This document shows positions 1-10,923 of a stretch of 64,000 nucleotides of DNA, one piece after another (the first letter of the stretch is position 1; the number at the start of each line of letters is the position of its first letter). The position numbers were made by a program, and so were the translations under genes. The notes beneath the pieces were generated by a model that saw only the letters and a list, made by a program, of their open reading frames with translations, was not told the DNA's origin and made no database searches. Source of the stretch: Terriglobia bacterium (GTDB taxonomy: Bacteria > Acidobacteriota > Terriglobia > 20CM-2-55-15); assembly GCA_965198225.1 (NCBI GenBank), contig CBDAOY010000009.1:480001-544000 (forward strand), in the 5' to 3' direction.

Positions 1-66
1 CTCGACGTCGAAACCGAATTGTGTGGATTCTGCCATCACTCTACCGACGGGGTTTTATCACGGAGG

Positions 67-831
67 TTAGTGGAAGACCAGTCCCCCGTCGACGACGATC
101 AACTGGCCCGTGATGAACGCCGCGTCGTCGGACAGCAGGAACGAGACAGTACCGACGATATCGTCCTCGGAGGATTCCCTGGGGATCGAACGCTCCCGTA
201 CATTCCACTCGTGCTTGATTTCGGGAACACCCGCAGTGGCTTCGTTGCGAACGAGTCCCGGCGCAACGCAGTTGATCCGCACGCCCGCGTCGCCAAGTTC
301 TCGTGCCATCGCGCGTGTGAAGGCGATGACTGCGCCCTTGCTGGTCACGTAGTGCAGCAGTCTTGGACTCCCCCAGAGCGCGGTGTCGGAACCGACGGTT
401 ACGATGCTGCCCTGCTTGCGCTCTTTCATGAATGGAGCGACCGCCCTGCAAGTCAGCCATGTGCCGCGCACGTTCACCGCCATGATTCGGTCCCATTCCT
501 CGACGGTCAATTCGTCGAAGAGCGATCCTCCGACCGAGTCCGCGAGCGCTGCGTTCGTGACGAGCCCGTCGATCCGACCCCAAGCCTCGATGAAATGGGA
601 TGCCATTTCCGCGGTAGACGCTTCCGAGGAGATGTCGGTCCGCCAGAAATGAGCCCGTCCTCCGGCACTGCGGAGATCCGCTACGGCGGCTTCGCCTCGA
701 TCCGGTTCGATCTCGGCGATGCCGATGACCGCCCCCTCCGAGGCGAGGCGTCTGGCATAGGCAAGGCCGAGACCCCGACCCGCGCCCGTGACGATAATGT
801 GTTTCCCTTCGTGCCTGCCCAAGCGAATCAA
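67..831 (-). CDS. SDR family NAD(P)-dependent oxidoreductase
   Basis: TGAGRGLG Rossmann motif, NAA, YVTSK catalytic motif, ITGQ..VDGG C-terminus. Confidence 0.9.
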   Translation of the reverse strand: MIRLGRHEGKHIIVTGAGRGLGLAYARRLASEGAVIGIAEIEPDRGEAAVADLRSAGGRAHFWRTDISSEASTAEMASHFIEAWGRIDGLVTNAALADSVGGSLFDELTVEEWDRIMAVNVRGTWLTCRAVAPFMKERKQGSIVTVGSDTALWGSPRLLHYVTSKGAVIAFTRAMARELGDAGVRINCVAPGLVRNEATAGVPEIKHEWNVRERSIPRESSEDDIVGTVSFLLSDDAAFITGQLIVVDGGLVFH

Positions 832-833
832 CC

Positions 834-1334
834 TCAGGATCGTTTATTCTTCCGAGCCTCGATCAGCGGGCTGCCTTCGGGGTAGGTCGGCAGCTGCGGC
901 CGCCCGGTGCCCAGCATCACGAGCATCAAGGCATCGATGTCCCCGTCATTGCGGACACCACGATAGACGCCCGCCGGCGTGCAGATCATGTCGCGCGGTC
1001 CCAGGGTCCGCTCGACCTCGCTCCCGTTCTCCGCCCACGTGCACGTGACCTCCCCGTCCAGGACGAAGAAGACCTCCTCGACATCGCCGTGCAGGTGGAG
1101 CGGCCCTTCGCTCCCAGGAGGCAACAGCATGGTGCTCAGCGTGAAATGCTGAGCCTTGACGACGTTGGGGTCGTCGTGCTTCCCGGTACCTCCTCCTCCG
1201 AGATACCGGATCTGGGCCCTCCGGTACTTGGGATTCACTTCGGCCTGAAACCCCAGTGCGTCCCAATCGAAATCACGGTTTCCGAGCTTTGCTATCCAGT
1301 TGTCGATGTCCTCTATCCTGGCTCCTTCTTCCAT
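834..1334 (-). CDS. cupin domain protein
   Basis: GPLHLHGDVEEVFFVLDG and PAGVYR cupin motifs. Confidence 0.85.
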   Translation of the reverse strand: MEEGARIEDIDNWIAKLGNRDFDWDALGFQAEVNPKYRRAQIRYLGGGGTGKHDDPNVVKAQHFTLSTMLLPPGSEGPLHLHGDVEEVFFVLDGEVTCTWAENGSEVERTLGPRDMICTPAGVYRGVRNDGDIDALMLVMLGTGRPQLPTYPEGSPLIEARKNKRS

Positions 1335-1425
1335 ATTTTCCTCGTCAGTGCCGCCCGGCAGTAGCTTCGTTTGACCGGGGGACCAGCAATCCGCAATCTC
1401 AAATCTGCAATCTCAAATTCCGCAT

Positions 1426-2370
1426 CTACGATAGCTTGCCGGCCCACCCGGGATCGGGATCGCCCGCCATCGCCCTCCGGATATCGGCGCTGGGCGGCCC
1501 CGCGGTGCCCCATCGATCCATCTGATCCGGGACCCGCTCCCACACGGCGGGTTCGTGCGTGGCTTCGTCCTCGATGCGGTCCATGTCACTCGTGTACTCG
1601 GACACGTAACCCACTGGATCCTTGTAGTAACAGAAAATATTGTTGCCGGGGCCATGACGTCCAGGACCCCAGTCTGGTTCCTGTCCGTGAGCTCGAAGGG
1701 TGGAGAGCCCCCTCATGACACCGTCCACGTCCGCCATCATGTACGCGACGTGATTGACCGATGCATGGTCGGCCCGGTTGAATGAAATCACGTGATGCTT
1801 TGGACTGCACCGGAGGAAGGCCATCTGGTTCTCACTCCAGTCCGACACGCGGAAGCCCAGGACGTCGGTGTAGAAGTGTACGATCTGTTCGAACTGCGCC
1901 GTGTTCAGGACGACGTGACACAACCGGAGTGGCTCGACCCGCCTGGGTGGCCAACCGTTCTCGTGTTCGGCCACATCGGTCGAGAGCTCGACGCATCGAT
2001 TCTCCGGATCCAGAAATCGCACTCCATACCCGCCCCCGACTTCATCCAGCTCTTCGGGCCCCGACACGAGGACTATTCCATGTCGTTCCAGCTCGACGGC
2101 GGCAGCATCCACCTCGTCGTGTCCGTCGACGCGGAACGCCAGGTGGTGGAGTCCACGACGCTCGCCCGGATGCAGGCTGAGAAGGTGATGCTCGGCGGAT
2201 GACCCCCGAAAGTAGCGTGCGTGCCGGTCTTCTCCAGCCGACTCGAGTCCCCAGACTTGCTGGTAGAACTCAGCGTGGGGGCCGACGTGCGGGGAGAGCA
2301 ATCCTACATGGCGGATGTCTTTGATGTTCACGTGCGGTTCTCCGGCGGGTCCAGTACCACTGGCTGCCAC
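1426..2370 (-). CDS. VOC family protein, extradiol (catechol 2,3-type) dioxygenase-like; true start may be slightly downstream
   Basis: Two glyoxalase domains; HVVLN, HHVIS, NHVAY, GRHGPGNNIFCYYKDP..EY motifs. Confidence 0.8.
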   Translation of the reverse strand: MAASGTGPAGEPHVNIKDIRHVGLLSPHVGPHAEFYQQVWGLESAGEDRHARYFRGSSAEHHLLSLHPGERRGLHHLAFRVDGHDEVDAAAVELERHGIVLVSGPEELDEVGGGYGVRFLDPENRCVELSTDVAEHENGWPPRRVEPLRLCHVVLNTAQFEQIVHFYTDVLGFRVSDWSENQMAFLRCSPKHHVISFNRADHASVNHVAYMMADVDGVMRGLSTLRAHGQEPDWGPGRHGPGNNIFCYYKDPVGYVSEYTSDMDRIEDEATHEPAVWERVPDQMDRWGTAGPPSADIRRAMAGDPDPGWAGKLS

Positions 2371-2393
2371 GGACTTCGAGGCCGTTTCCCTTC

Positions 2394-3842
2394 CTACTGG
2401 TCGGACTTCGTCAGAGTCTCTACACCGAGGTCGAGCATCGGCATCGGTATCACCTGGACCGAACCCAACTCTTCGATCTCTTCGAGGAACGCCTGGGCGT
2501 TCCCGACGAGCAGAATGACGATGTCTTCGGTGCTGATCCGCTCCCGCGCCACGCGAGCGACGTCCTCGGAGGTGATCGCCGCAAGCTTGTCGCGATATGT
2601 CGCCAGGTAGTCGTCGCCCAGGTCGAACACGCTGATGTTTGCTAGCCGGGTGGCCAGGTCCGCAGGCGTCTCGATGGTCAGCGGGAAGCTTCCGATCACG
2701 AACGCTTTGACTTTTTCCAACTCGTCTTCGGGGACCGGGTCCTGCCGCAGCCGTTCGATTTCATCGAGAATGAGCCGGACGGCTTCTCCGGTCGCCTCCG
2801 TCCGGGTTTCAGTCAACGCGTAGAGACCGCCGGGCCCCTTGCGCGGGATAATGGTTTCGTATGCGCCGTAGGTCAGACCGCGCTCGACGCGCAGCGATTC
2901 CATCAGCCGCCCGGAAGCTCCACCCAGGACATAAGAACCGATCAGCACCGGGAAATAGTCCGGATCCTTGCGCGCGACCGTGACTTGTCCGATGCGGATC
3001 TCGGTCTGTACGCTGTCGGGGCTGTCGATCACAACGATCTTGCGGCCTTCCAGGTTCTCCAGTTTGGTCACATCCGGAGTGGGGACCTCTTTCCGCGCCC
3101 ACCCCCCGAACCATTCCTCGGCGAGGGCGAAGGCCTCTTCGGGTGTCACGTCTCCAGCGATCGCCAACGTGGACGTGTTCGGAGCGAAGTAGGTTTCATG
3201 AAAGCGAACGATGTCCTCCCTTCCGATGCGCCCGATCGAATCCATCGTGCCTTCGGCGGGATGGGCGTACGGGTGTGTCCCGTAGAGCGCGACGATGAAC
3301 GCCGCGTCGGCGATGAAATCCGGATCCTGCAGATTGGCGGCCAGTCCCGATCCCGACTGCTGTCTGAGGCGTTCGATTTCGCCGGGGGCAAAGGCGGGGT
3401 TCATCACGATGTCGGTCATCAGTTCGAAGGCCAGATCCGTACTGTCTTTCAACACGGAAGCGGAGACGATGATGGCTTCCCGCGCCGCTCGCGTCGATAA
3501 CTCGCCGCCGGCCATGTCGACCGATTCCGCGATTTCCTGCGCCGACCGGGTCGTGGTTCCGGTGTTCAGAAGAGCCGTCGTGAACGTCGCCAGACCCGGT
3601 AGATCCGCCGGATCGTTGACGCCGCCTCCTCCGATCACGAGCTGAACCGACAGGAGCGGTTGCTCGTCGTGTTCGAGGGCAAAGACGCGAAGCCCGTTGT
3701 CGAGGAGCCGTTCTTCGTACGGCGGGAACTCCACCTTCGCCAGCGGTTGGGCGTCGGGCGGGTTCTGCCTCTGGGCGGCAGTTCCCGGGGCCATGGCCAG
3801 CAGGAATGCCAGCGCGGATGTCAAGATTGTCAGGCTTCGCAT
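2394..3842 (-). CDS. M16 (pitrilysin) peptidase, non-catalytic subunit, exported
   Basis: Signal peptide, LDNGLRV, LRVERGLTYG; lacks HXXEH. Confidence 0.85.
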   Translation of the reverse strand: MRSLTILTSALAFLLAMAPGTAAQRQNPPDAQPLAKVEFPPYEERLLDNGLRVFALEHDEQPLLSVQLVIGGGGVNDPADLPGLATFTTALLNTGTTTRSAQEIAESVDMAGGELSTRAAREAIIVSASVLKDSTDLAFELMTDIVMNPAFAPGEIERLRQQSGSGLAANLQDPDFIADAAFIVALYGTHPYAHPAEGTMDSIGRIGREDIVRFHETYFAPNTSTLAIAGDVTPEEAFALAEEWFGGWARKEVPTPDVTKLENLEGRKIVVIDSPDSVQTEIRIGQVTVARKDPDYFPVLIGSYVLGGASGRLMESLRVERGLTYGAYETIIPRKGPGGLYALTETRTEATGEAVRLILDEIERLRQDPVPEDELEKVKAFVIGSFPLTIETPADLATRLANISVFDLGDDYLATYRDKLAAITSEDVARVARERISTEDIVILLVGNAQAFLEEIEELGSVQVIPMPMLDLGVETLTKSDQ

Positions 3843-3857
3843 GTTCGTTCGTTCCTT

Positions 3858-5216
3858 CTATTGCCGCCCAGGTGTCGGCGGTAGCACCGTGACCACCGTG
3901 CGGTTGGCCGGATCCAGATACTTCCCGATGACGCGCATGATGTCTTCTTTGGTGACTTTCATGAACAGCTCGAACTCGTCCACGGCAGTCGCTGCGTCCT
4001 GATGGATGACCGCGGCGTGAGCCAGCGCGTCTGCCTTATTCCGGACCGTCTGGCGGCCCATGATGTAGGACGACCGGATCTGATTCTTGGCTTTCGCGAG
4101 TTCGGCATCGGTGACCGGCTCGGTCATCATCCTCTGGAATTCCGCGTCCAGGGCAGCTTCTCCTTCTTCGAGTGAGGCGCCTCGGTTCATGATCAGGATC
4201 GCCATGAATAGGTTCGGATGCTCCCGGACACTCGTGAACGCGCTGGCCTGCAGGGCAAGCTGCTTCTCATACACGAGCGACTGGTAAACCCGGGAACTGC
4301 GGCCTTCCGACAGGATGCTCGATGCCAGCGTCAAGGGATAGGAGTCCGCGTGCCCATCGTGCGGAATGTAGTACCCGGCGACGTACGCCGGCAACGGGAC
4401 CGGTTTGCGCCTCTCGATGCGCCGCTCTTCGTGATGTTCCGGCTCGCGGAGGGTCACGCGGGGGACCTCACCCTCTCCGGCCGGTATCGATCCGAAATAC
4501 TGTTCGACCCATTCCATGGCCCGCGTGGTTTCGAAGTCCCCGGCAAGCACCAGGTACGCGTTGCCCGGCCTGTAGTACAACTCATAGAAGTCCTGCACGT
4601 CTTCGATCGTTGCCGCGCCCAGGTCTTCCATGCTGCCTATCGGCAAATGTCGGTAGGGGTGCTCGTCGAAGGCGGCGGCGTACAGCATCTCGAAGAGGTC
4701 CCCGTAGGGCGGGCTCTCTACGCGCACACGCCGTTCTTCTTTGACGACCTCGCGCTCGGAGGTGAAGTTCTCTTCCGAAACGTCGAGCGTACGCATCCGG
4801 TCCGCTTCGAGCCAGAGAATCCTCTCGAGGTAATTGGACGGGACCGTCTCCCAGTACACGGTAGTGTCATCCGTCGTGTACGCATTCGAGATCCCTCCGA
4901 CCCCGGTGATGAACTCGGCGTGCTGTTCCGGAGCGACGTTGGCCGAGCCCTTGAACATCAGGTGTTCAAACAGATGGGCGAACCCCGTTCGGCCTACCCG
5001 CTCGTTCTTGGAGCCGACGTGGTACCAGAGTTGCAAATTGACGACCGGAGTGGACTGGTCTTCGTGGGTCACCACCGTCAGTCCGTTTTCGAGACGGTGT
5101 TCCTCGTAGGTGAGTGGGGCCGGCATCGACGGGGCGTCCAGCGTCTGGGCTCCAAGGGGTGCGGGCGTGGCGAACGACAGCAGGGCCAGTCCGTAAGCGA
5201 AACGAATCATGCGCAA
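3858..5216 (-). CDS. M16 (pitrilysin) zinc peptidase, catalytic subunit, exported
   Basis: GFAHLFEHLMFKGS (HXXEH), NAYT motif, signal peptide. Confidence 0.92.
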   Translation of the reverse strand: MRMIRFAYGLALLSFATPAPLGAQTLDAPSMPAPLTYEEHRLENGLTVVTHEDQSTPVVNLQLWYHVGSKNERVGRTGFAHLFEHLMFKGSANVAPEQHAEFITGVGGISNAYTTDDTTVYWETVPSNYLERILWLEADRMRTLDVSEENFTSEREVVKEERRVRVESPPYGDLFEMLYAAAFDEHPYRHLPIGSMEDLGAATIEDVQDFYELYYRPGNAYLVLAGDFETTRAMEWVEQYFGSIPAGEGEVPRVTLREPEHHEERRIERRKPVPLPAYVAGYYIPHDGHADSYPLTLASSILSEGRSSRVYQSLVYEKQLALQASAFTSVREHPNLFMAILIMNRGASLEEGEAALDAEFQRMMTEPVTDAELAKAKNQIRSSYIMGRQTVRNKADALAHAAVIHQDAATAVDEFELFMKVTKEDIMRVIGKYLDPANRTVVTVLPPTPGRQ

Positions 5217-5246
5217 AACATCCTCCGATGCATTCTTTCAGCAGGT

Positions 5247-6743
5247 TCAAATCGTAACAAACAAGGCGCTGAACGCCCAGCCCTGCACGAGCGCGGCGAA
5301 CATGGCCGCCGCCGCCGGTTCCGCAGTCGCGCGATGAACGAAGCCCGCCATCCACCACAGTACGAGCCAGAAAACGACGATAAAGTGCGTAATCAGGACG
5401 AGAAAAGAACTGGACTCGTTGAGGAGCAGAACGCCGGTCAGAATCGCGGCCCAAAGGATGAGGCGGGTCAGGAAGAAAGTTGCCACACGACGCCAGCCGG
5501 ACAAGCCTCCGCGCAGGGACTGCTCGTCGGACAGGAAGAGAGGGAAGCTGACCGCAGCGAGGATTGGCATCCGAATCCACTGCTCCCCGGACGGGATTAC
5601 GTGGAAGAGTCGCTCTCCGATGCCCAGCACGAACACGACGATCACATACGCGACGGCAATCACACTGACGAGGATGCCCCACCGGCTGAGGCGGAACCGG
5701 TGGCCCCGCCACAGGAATAAGCCCGTCACCAGCACGAAGCTCATCAGGTAGTCGGCCGCGAAAATACCAAGCCACGCCAACGGAACGAAGAAGCGCAGGA
5801 CGATCAGCGCCCCCCCGGCGGCAGCGACGTAGGACACGACCATCCACCGCGGATCGGCGCTGTCGGGTCCCGCCGGTGGGGGCGGCGGTTTCGGAACAAG
5901 GGCCAGGGCGGCGATCAAGCCTGCTGCTGCCATCACCGCAAGCCAGAGGTATCGATGGACGGCCCGGATCGAATCTCCCTCCCCTCCCATCCATCCAGCG
6001 ATCATTCCCATCTTGGAAGGGTCGAACAGCGCGGACGAATGGGCGCCGTATGGGAACTTCCACCACACGCCTGTCGTTCCCGCTGCGTCCATTAATAACG
6101 GCGCGAACTCGTTGATTCGGGGTGCGTCGAGATGGCCCGTGACGACGAGGATGCGGCCCGCTTCCAGGGCTTCGACCGCTACCGGTGCGGGAGAGAGCAA
6201 CACCAGCGTTTCCAGACTGCGGGTTGGCGCCAGATCGACGAGAAGGGCACCTCCCAGCGAATGCCCCACCAGCAGGGTTTCACCGCCGACATGGTCGATG
6301 ACACGCTCGACGGCAAGAGCGCTGAGCTCGAAGGTGAACGGCTCGCTCGAATCGCCATGTCCCGGAAGGTCGAAGGCATAGACCTGGAAGCCGGACTCGG
6401 CGAGGGCCATGCCGAAGCTCTGCATGAACTCTTTGTTGCTGTTGAGCCCATGAACCAGGATTACCGTGCCGGCCGGCGCCGAATCGGGCGAGAAGCGAAT
6501 GTAAGGCGTGGCCGGGTTGATCGGCAGAATTCCCCTTTCCGTGCTCGGGCTGACCCGCGCGTACTGGAGCCAGGCGAAGAGGAAAACAGCGAGGCAGGCC
6601 AGGCTGAAGGCGAGCATGCGATGGTTCGGGGCGTTCCGGGGGTGCACAGCCCTCGATGCTATACTAAACCACCTCGTTTCATGAACTAGCCCGCCGCCGC
6701 CGGCTGCCAAGAGCGACAGGGTGAGCATCGCTGGAAAGGGCAC
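5247..6743 (-). CDS. membrane-bound alpha/beta hydrolase; start uncertain, possibly ~6617
   Basis: LVHG and GHSLGG nucleophile elbow followed by multiple hydrophobic segments. Confidence 0.75.
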   Translation of the reverse strand: MPFPAMLTLSLLAAGGGGLVHETRWFSIASRAVHPRNAPNHRMLAFSLACLAVFLFAWLQYARVSPSTERGILPINPATPYIRFSPDSAPAGTVILVHGLNSNKEFMQSFGMALAESGFQVYAFDLPGHGDSSEPFTFELSALAVERVIDHVGGETLLVGHSLGGALLVDLAPTRSLETLVLLSPAPVAVEALEAGRILVVTGHLDAPRINEFAPLLMDAAGTTGVWWKFPYGAHSSALFDPSKMGMIAGWMGGEGDSIRAVHRYLWLAVMAAAGLIAALALVPKPPPPPAGPDSADPRWMVVSYVAAAGGALIVLRFFVPLAWLGIFAADYLMSFVLVTGLFLWRGHRFRLSRWGILVSVIAVAYVIVVFVLGIGERLFHVIPSGEQWIRMPILAAVSFPLFLSDEQSLRGGLSGWRRVATFFLTRLILWAAILTGVLLLNESSSFLVLITHFIVVFWLVLWWMAGFVHRATAEPAAAAMFAALVQGWAFSALFVTI

Positions 6744-6765
6744 ACAGCGGGGTCGAAGTCAGCTT

Positions 6766-7260
6766 ATGTCCGCCTCCAAAACCGAGACAATTGACACCCT
6801 GGCGCGGCGTGTTCGCCGGTTGCAGGCCGAGGGCAAGCGCGTCGTCCTGACCAATGGGTGTTTCGACCTCCTGCATGCCGGTCACATCGACCTGTTCCGA
6901 CGCGCCAGAGCGCTGGGCGATGTGCTGATCGTGGCGATCAACGGCGACGAATCGGTAGGTCGCCTGAAGGGCGACAAACGCCCCATCTTCGACGAGCAGG
7001 AGCGCGAAGAGATCCTCACCGCGCTCGAAATGGTTGATTTTGTGTACATCTTCGAGGAAGACACACCGCTCGCGACGATTCTCGAAATCCGTCCAGATGT
7101 GCTTGTCAAGGGCGCCGATTGGCTGGATGAAGGGATTGTGGGTCAGCCCGAGGTGGAGGGATGGGGCGGCAAGGTCGTTGCGCTGGAACTGGTAGAAGGC
7201 CAGTCCACGACGGGAATAATAGAGCGGGTTGTCTCCCGGTTGGGAGACAACCCGCAGTAG
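6766..7260 (+). CDS. rfaE2: D-glycero-beta-D-manno-heptose 1-phosphate adenylyltransferase
   Basis: TNGCFDLLHAGH, PDVLVKG, STTGII motifs. Confidence 0.9.
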   Translation: MSASKTETIDTLARRVRRLQAEGKRVVLTNGCFDLLHAGHIDLFRRARALGDVLIVAINGDESVGRLKGDKRPIFDEQEREEILTALEMVDFVYIFEEDTPLATILEIRPDVLVKGADWLDEGIVGQPEVEGWGGKVVALELVEGQSTTGIIERVVSRLGDNPQ

Positions 7261-7407
7261 TCAGTAGTCAGTTGCGGAACGCCGAGCGCCCATTGTGGCC
7301 CGGGCCGAGTTGGTCGCTACCTGAAGAAGTGACGGATGACGAGGGATCAACGGCAAGCTAAACCTAACTGACTACCGACTACTGACTACTGACAACTTCT
7401 TCACCCC

Positions 7408-10400
7408 ATGCCCGAACTCGTACAGACTCGATTGCAGAAGCTTCTGTCGGGCATCCTGGACGTCACCGATATTCGGCAGATCGCGTCCGAGACTCTGAAG
7501 AGGGAGCGCCGGGTCGTCGTTTCGGGGCTCAGCGGATCGTCTCGCGCCCTGATGGTCGCGGCCCTCTGGAAGGCCTTCAAACGTCCGATCATCCTTCTCA
7601 CCGCGAACGACGCGGCCACCGAGAGCCTTACAGTCGATGTCGCGTACTTCCACGACGAGTTGAACGATCGTGGGTCGGACGCCGTCTGCAGCTTCCCCGC
7701 CTGGGAGACCGATCCCTACGCGGGTTTGACCCCGCACGCAGACACCCAGCAGGCGCGAGCGAAGACGCTCTGGCGGCTCCGTGCGGGCACAGCCGATGTC
7801 GTCATCACCTCCGTACGAGCCCTGGGAGGCCGCCTCGAGCGTCCCGCCAGTTTCGACTCCTACGGCCTGCAGATCAAGGTCGGGGATGAGGTGTCCCAGG
7901 AGCTGATGCTGGAGCACCTGGCGACGGCCGGCTACCTCAGGCAGGAGCCGGTCGGCTCGGTCGGAGAGTTCTCACAGCGGGGAGGAATCGTGGACGTCTT
8001 CTCGCCGTTGATGGCCGATCCGGCGCGCATCGAATTCTTTGGGGATACCGTCGATTCGATCCGAGAGTTCGACCTCGACGACCAGCGATCGCGGAGCCCA
8101 ATCCGCCGAATCGACATCCTGCCCATGCAGGAGCATTTCGTGACGCGCGAAATGTACCGGAATTGGGCTTCGGCGGCACGCCGGCGTTGGGTCGACGACA
8201 CGTACCAGAGCGACCTTCGCGACAAGCTCGTCTTCGCGGACGACGGCGAGCCCTTTCCGGGCTCGTCATTCCTCATTCCAGAGTCGTACCCGTTGGAAGC
8301 CGCCCTCACGGACTACTCCGAAGGCGCAGTGTTTGTGCTGGATGAGCCCGAGCTTCTCGAAGAGTCCTACGAGAAGTTCTTCGGGGTCCTCGAACAACGG
8401 TACTCCCAGACCAGCACGGCCGGCGGCATCGCTCTGGCTCCCGAGAACCTGTTCATGCCCCCGTCCGATCTGGCGGAATTGATCGAGCGTCATTCATCCC
8501 TGAGCCTCGAAGAGCTCGCGTCCGACGGTTCCGAATTCCTGATCGTGGGCCAGCCGGCAAGACGGTTTCACGGGCGGATTCGCGAGATGGTGGAAACCAT
8601 CCGGCAGTCCTTTGAGGCGGGGACCCAGGTGGTCCTGCTTGGCAGCACGCTGGGAATGGCGGAACGCCTGCGGGACATCCTTCACGAGTACGAGCTCCCT
8701 TTCCGGACCGAGTTCGGGGAACAGCCGATCAAACCGCAGGAAGAAGGCAACGCACCCGTTGTAGCCATCGGGCGGCTGTCGGCGGGTTTCCGTCTTCGGG
8801 AGGTGGGCCTCGAGGTTTTCGCCGAGACCGACGTCCTCGACGAGACCGAGCATTTTGCGGCGCCCCGACGGCGTAAGAAGGCGTCAAGCTTCATGTCGGA
8901 CCTCCAGGACCTGAAGGAAGGTCAGTACGTCGTCCACGTGGACCATGGAATCGGTCTCTACGGAGGCATCACGACGATTCACGATCGGGAATGCATGGCC
9001 CTCAGCTACCACGAGGGGGACCGGCTCTACGTGCCGCTGGAACGGTTGGATCTTGTGCAGAAGTACTCGGCGGCCGAGGGCGCCAAACCCAAGCTGGACA
9101 AGCTCGGAGGGACGACCTGGGTGGCGCGCAAGGCGCGCGTCAAGCGAGCCATCCGGGACATGGCGCACGAACTGCTGCGGCTCTACGCGGAACGCAAGGT
9201 TGCGCTCGGACATACCTTTTCTCCGGACAATGAATGGCAGCAGGAGTTCGAAGAAGCGTTCCAGTACGAGGAGACGCCCGATCAGCTGGCCGCGATCGTT
9301 GACATCAAGAGAGACATGGAGGCGCAGGTGCCCATGGATCGCCTCATCTGCGGCGACGTGGGATACGGTAAGACGGAAGTCGGCATGCGTGCCGTGTTCA
9401 AGGCAGTCTCCGACAACAAACAGGTCGCGATGCTGGCCCCGACCACGGTTCTCTGCTTCCAGCACTTCGAGACCCTCAAAGAGCGATTCGCCGCCTTTCC
9501 GGTGACCGTTGCCATGCTGAGCCGATTTGTCCCCCCTAAGCAACAGAAGCAGGTCATTCGGGACATCGAATCGGGCAAGGTGGACGTCGTGGTGGGAACC
9601 CACCGCTTGCTGTCCAAGGATGTGGATTTCCACGATCTCGGCCTGCTGATCGTTGACGAAGAACAGCGGTTCGGAGTCGCCCACAAAGAACGGCTCAAAC
9701 AGCTGAAAAAACAAGTCGACGTCGTGACGATGACGGCGACGCCGATTCCCCGAACGCTGCACATGGCCCTGACCGGTCTTCGTGACATGTCCGTGATCGA
9801 AACTCCGCCGCGGGATCGCCTGGCGATCAACACGGCAGTGGTGAAGTTCAACACGACCGTGATCCAGAACGCGATCGATTTCGAACTAGACCGCGGAGGC
9901 CAGGTCTATTTTGTTCACAACCGCGTCCAATCGATCTACTCGATGGCCAGCTTCGTCCAGCGCATCTGTCCCAAGGCCCGGGTCGGTGTGGGCCACGGGC
10001 AGATGGCGGAGAAGGAACTGGAGCGGATCATGTTGCGGTTCATGCACCATGAGTTCGACGTTCTCGTCAGCACGACCATCATCGAGAACGGCCTGGACAT
10101 TGCTGCAGCCAACACGATGTTGGTCAACCGGGCCGATCGGTACGGCCTGGCGCAGCTTTACCAACTCCGCGGCCGGGTCGGACGCTCGAATCGACGGGCG
10201 TTTGCCTACTTGTTGATTCCTTCCGACAAGACATTGACTCCGATCGCGCGCCGCCGGCTGGCCGCCATCCGGGAATTCAGCGAACTGGGCGCCGGTTTTC
10301 GTGTCGCCGCGCTGGATCTGGAGCTTCGGGGCGCGGGCAACCTGCTTGGTGGCCAGCAACATGGCCACATCGAGGCGATCGGCTTCGACCTTTACTGTCA

Positions 10401-10881
10401 GATGCTTGAGCGAACGATGGAGGAGCTGCGCACCGGAGAAGCGCCGCCCGACGTCGACACTTCCATCAATCTCCAGGCGGATTTGAGGCTCCCGTCCAGC
10501 TTCGTGTCCGACGAAGCCCTGCGGCTGCGGATCTACAAGAGCGTTGCGTCGGCGCGGACCGTTGAGGAGATCGACGAGCAGTACCGGGACCTCGAGGACC
10601 GGTTCGGAGAACTACCCGTCCAGGTTCAGAACATTCTCGAATACGCCCGGCTGCGGGTCTTTGGCCGTAGCCTGGGTATCCACTCGATCGACAGGAGGCG
10701 GGACTCTGTCGACGTCGTTTTTCACGAAAAGGCTCGCGTTAGTCCGGATCGGATCGTCCAACTCGTAGAGGAGGGTCGGAAAGTCATGTTCGCGCCGCCG
10801 GCGACGCTTCGGATCAAGGCAGCCGGATCCCGGCGGGAACTCTTCCAGACCATTCAAGACGTGTTGCAGGAACTGTCTTGA
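7408..10881 (+). CDS. mfd: transcription-repair coupling factor
   Basis: CarD/RID (VVHVDHGIG), GDVGYGKT, DEEQRFGV, QLRGRVGR, TRCF C-terminus. Confidence 0.97.
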   Translation: MPELVQTRLQKLLSGILDVTDIRQIASETLKRERRVVVSGLSGSSRALMVAALWKAFKRPIILLTANDAATESLTVDVAYFHDELNDRGSDAVCSFPAWETDPYAGLTPHADTQQARAKTLWRLRAGTADVVITSVRALGGRLERPASFDSYGLQIKVGDEVSQELMLEHLATAGYLRQEPVGSVGEFSQRGGIVDVFSPLMADPARIEFFGDTVDSIREFDLDDQRSRSPIRRIDILPMQEHFVTREMYRNWASAARRRWVDDTYQSDLRDKLVFADDGEPFPGSSFLIPESYPLEAALTDYSEGAVFVLDEPELLEESYEKFFGVLEQRYSQTSTAGGIALAPENLFMPPSDLAELIERHSSLSLEELASDGSEFLIVGQPARRFHGRIREMVETIRQSFEAGTQVVLLGSTLGMAERLRDILHEYELPFRTEFGEQPIKPQEEGNAPVVAIGRLSAGFRLREVGLEVFAETDVLDETEHFAAPRRRKKASSFMSDLQDLKEGQYVVHVDHGIGLYGGITTIHDRECMALSYHEGDRLYVPLERLDLVQKYSAAEGAKPKLDKLGGTTWVARKARVKRAIRDMAHELLRLYAERKVALGHTFSPDNEWQQEFEEAFQYEETPDQLAAIVDIKRDMEAQVPMDRLICGDVGYGKTEVGMRAVFKAVSDNKQVAMLAPTTVLCFQHFETLKERFAAFPVTVAMLSRFVPPKQQKQVIRDIESGKVDVVVGTHRLLSKDVDFHDLGLLIVDEEQRFGVAHKERLKQLKKQVDVVTMTATPIPRTLHMALTGLRDMSVIETPPRDRLAINTAVVKFNTTVIQNAIDFELDRGGQVYFVHNRVQSIYSMASFVQRICPKARVGVGHGQMAEKELERIMLRFMHHEFDVLVSTTIIENGLDIAAANTMLVNRADRYGLAQLYQLRGRVGRSNRRAFAYLLIPSDKTLTPIARRRLAAIREFSELGAGFRVAALDLELRGAGNLLGGQQHGHIEAIGFDLYCQMLERTMEELRTGEAPPDVDTSINLQADLRLPSSFVSDEALRLRIYKSVASARTVEEIDEQYRDLEDRFGELPVQVQNILEYARLRVFGRSLGIHSIDRRRDSVDVVFHEKARVSPDRIVQLVEEGRKVMFAPPATLRIKAAGSRRELFQTIQDVLQELS

Positions 10882-10923
10882 TATATCCTCTTTGAGAAGA
10901 ATCTATCGTGCCCGCGAGGGCGA

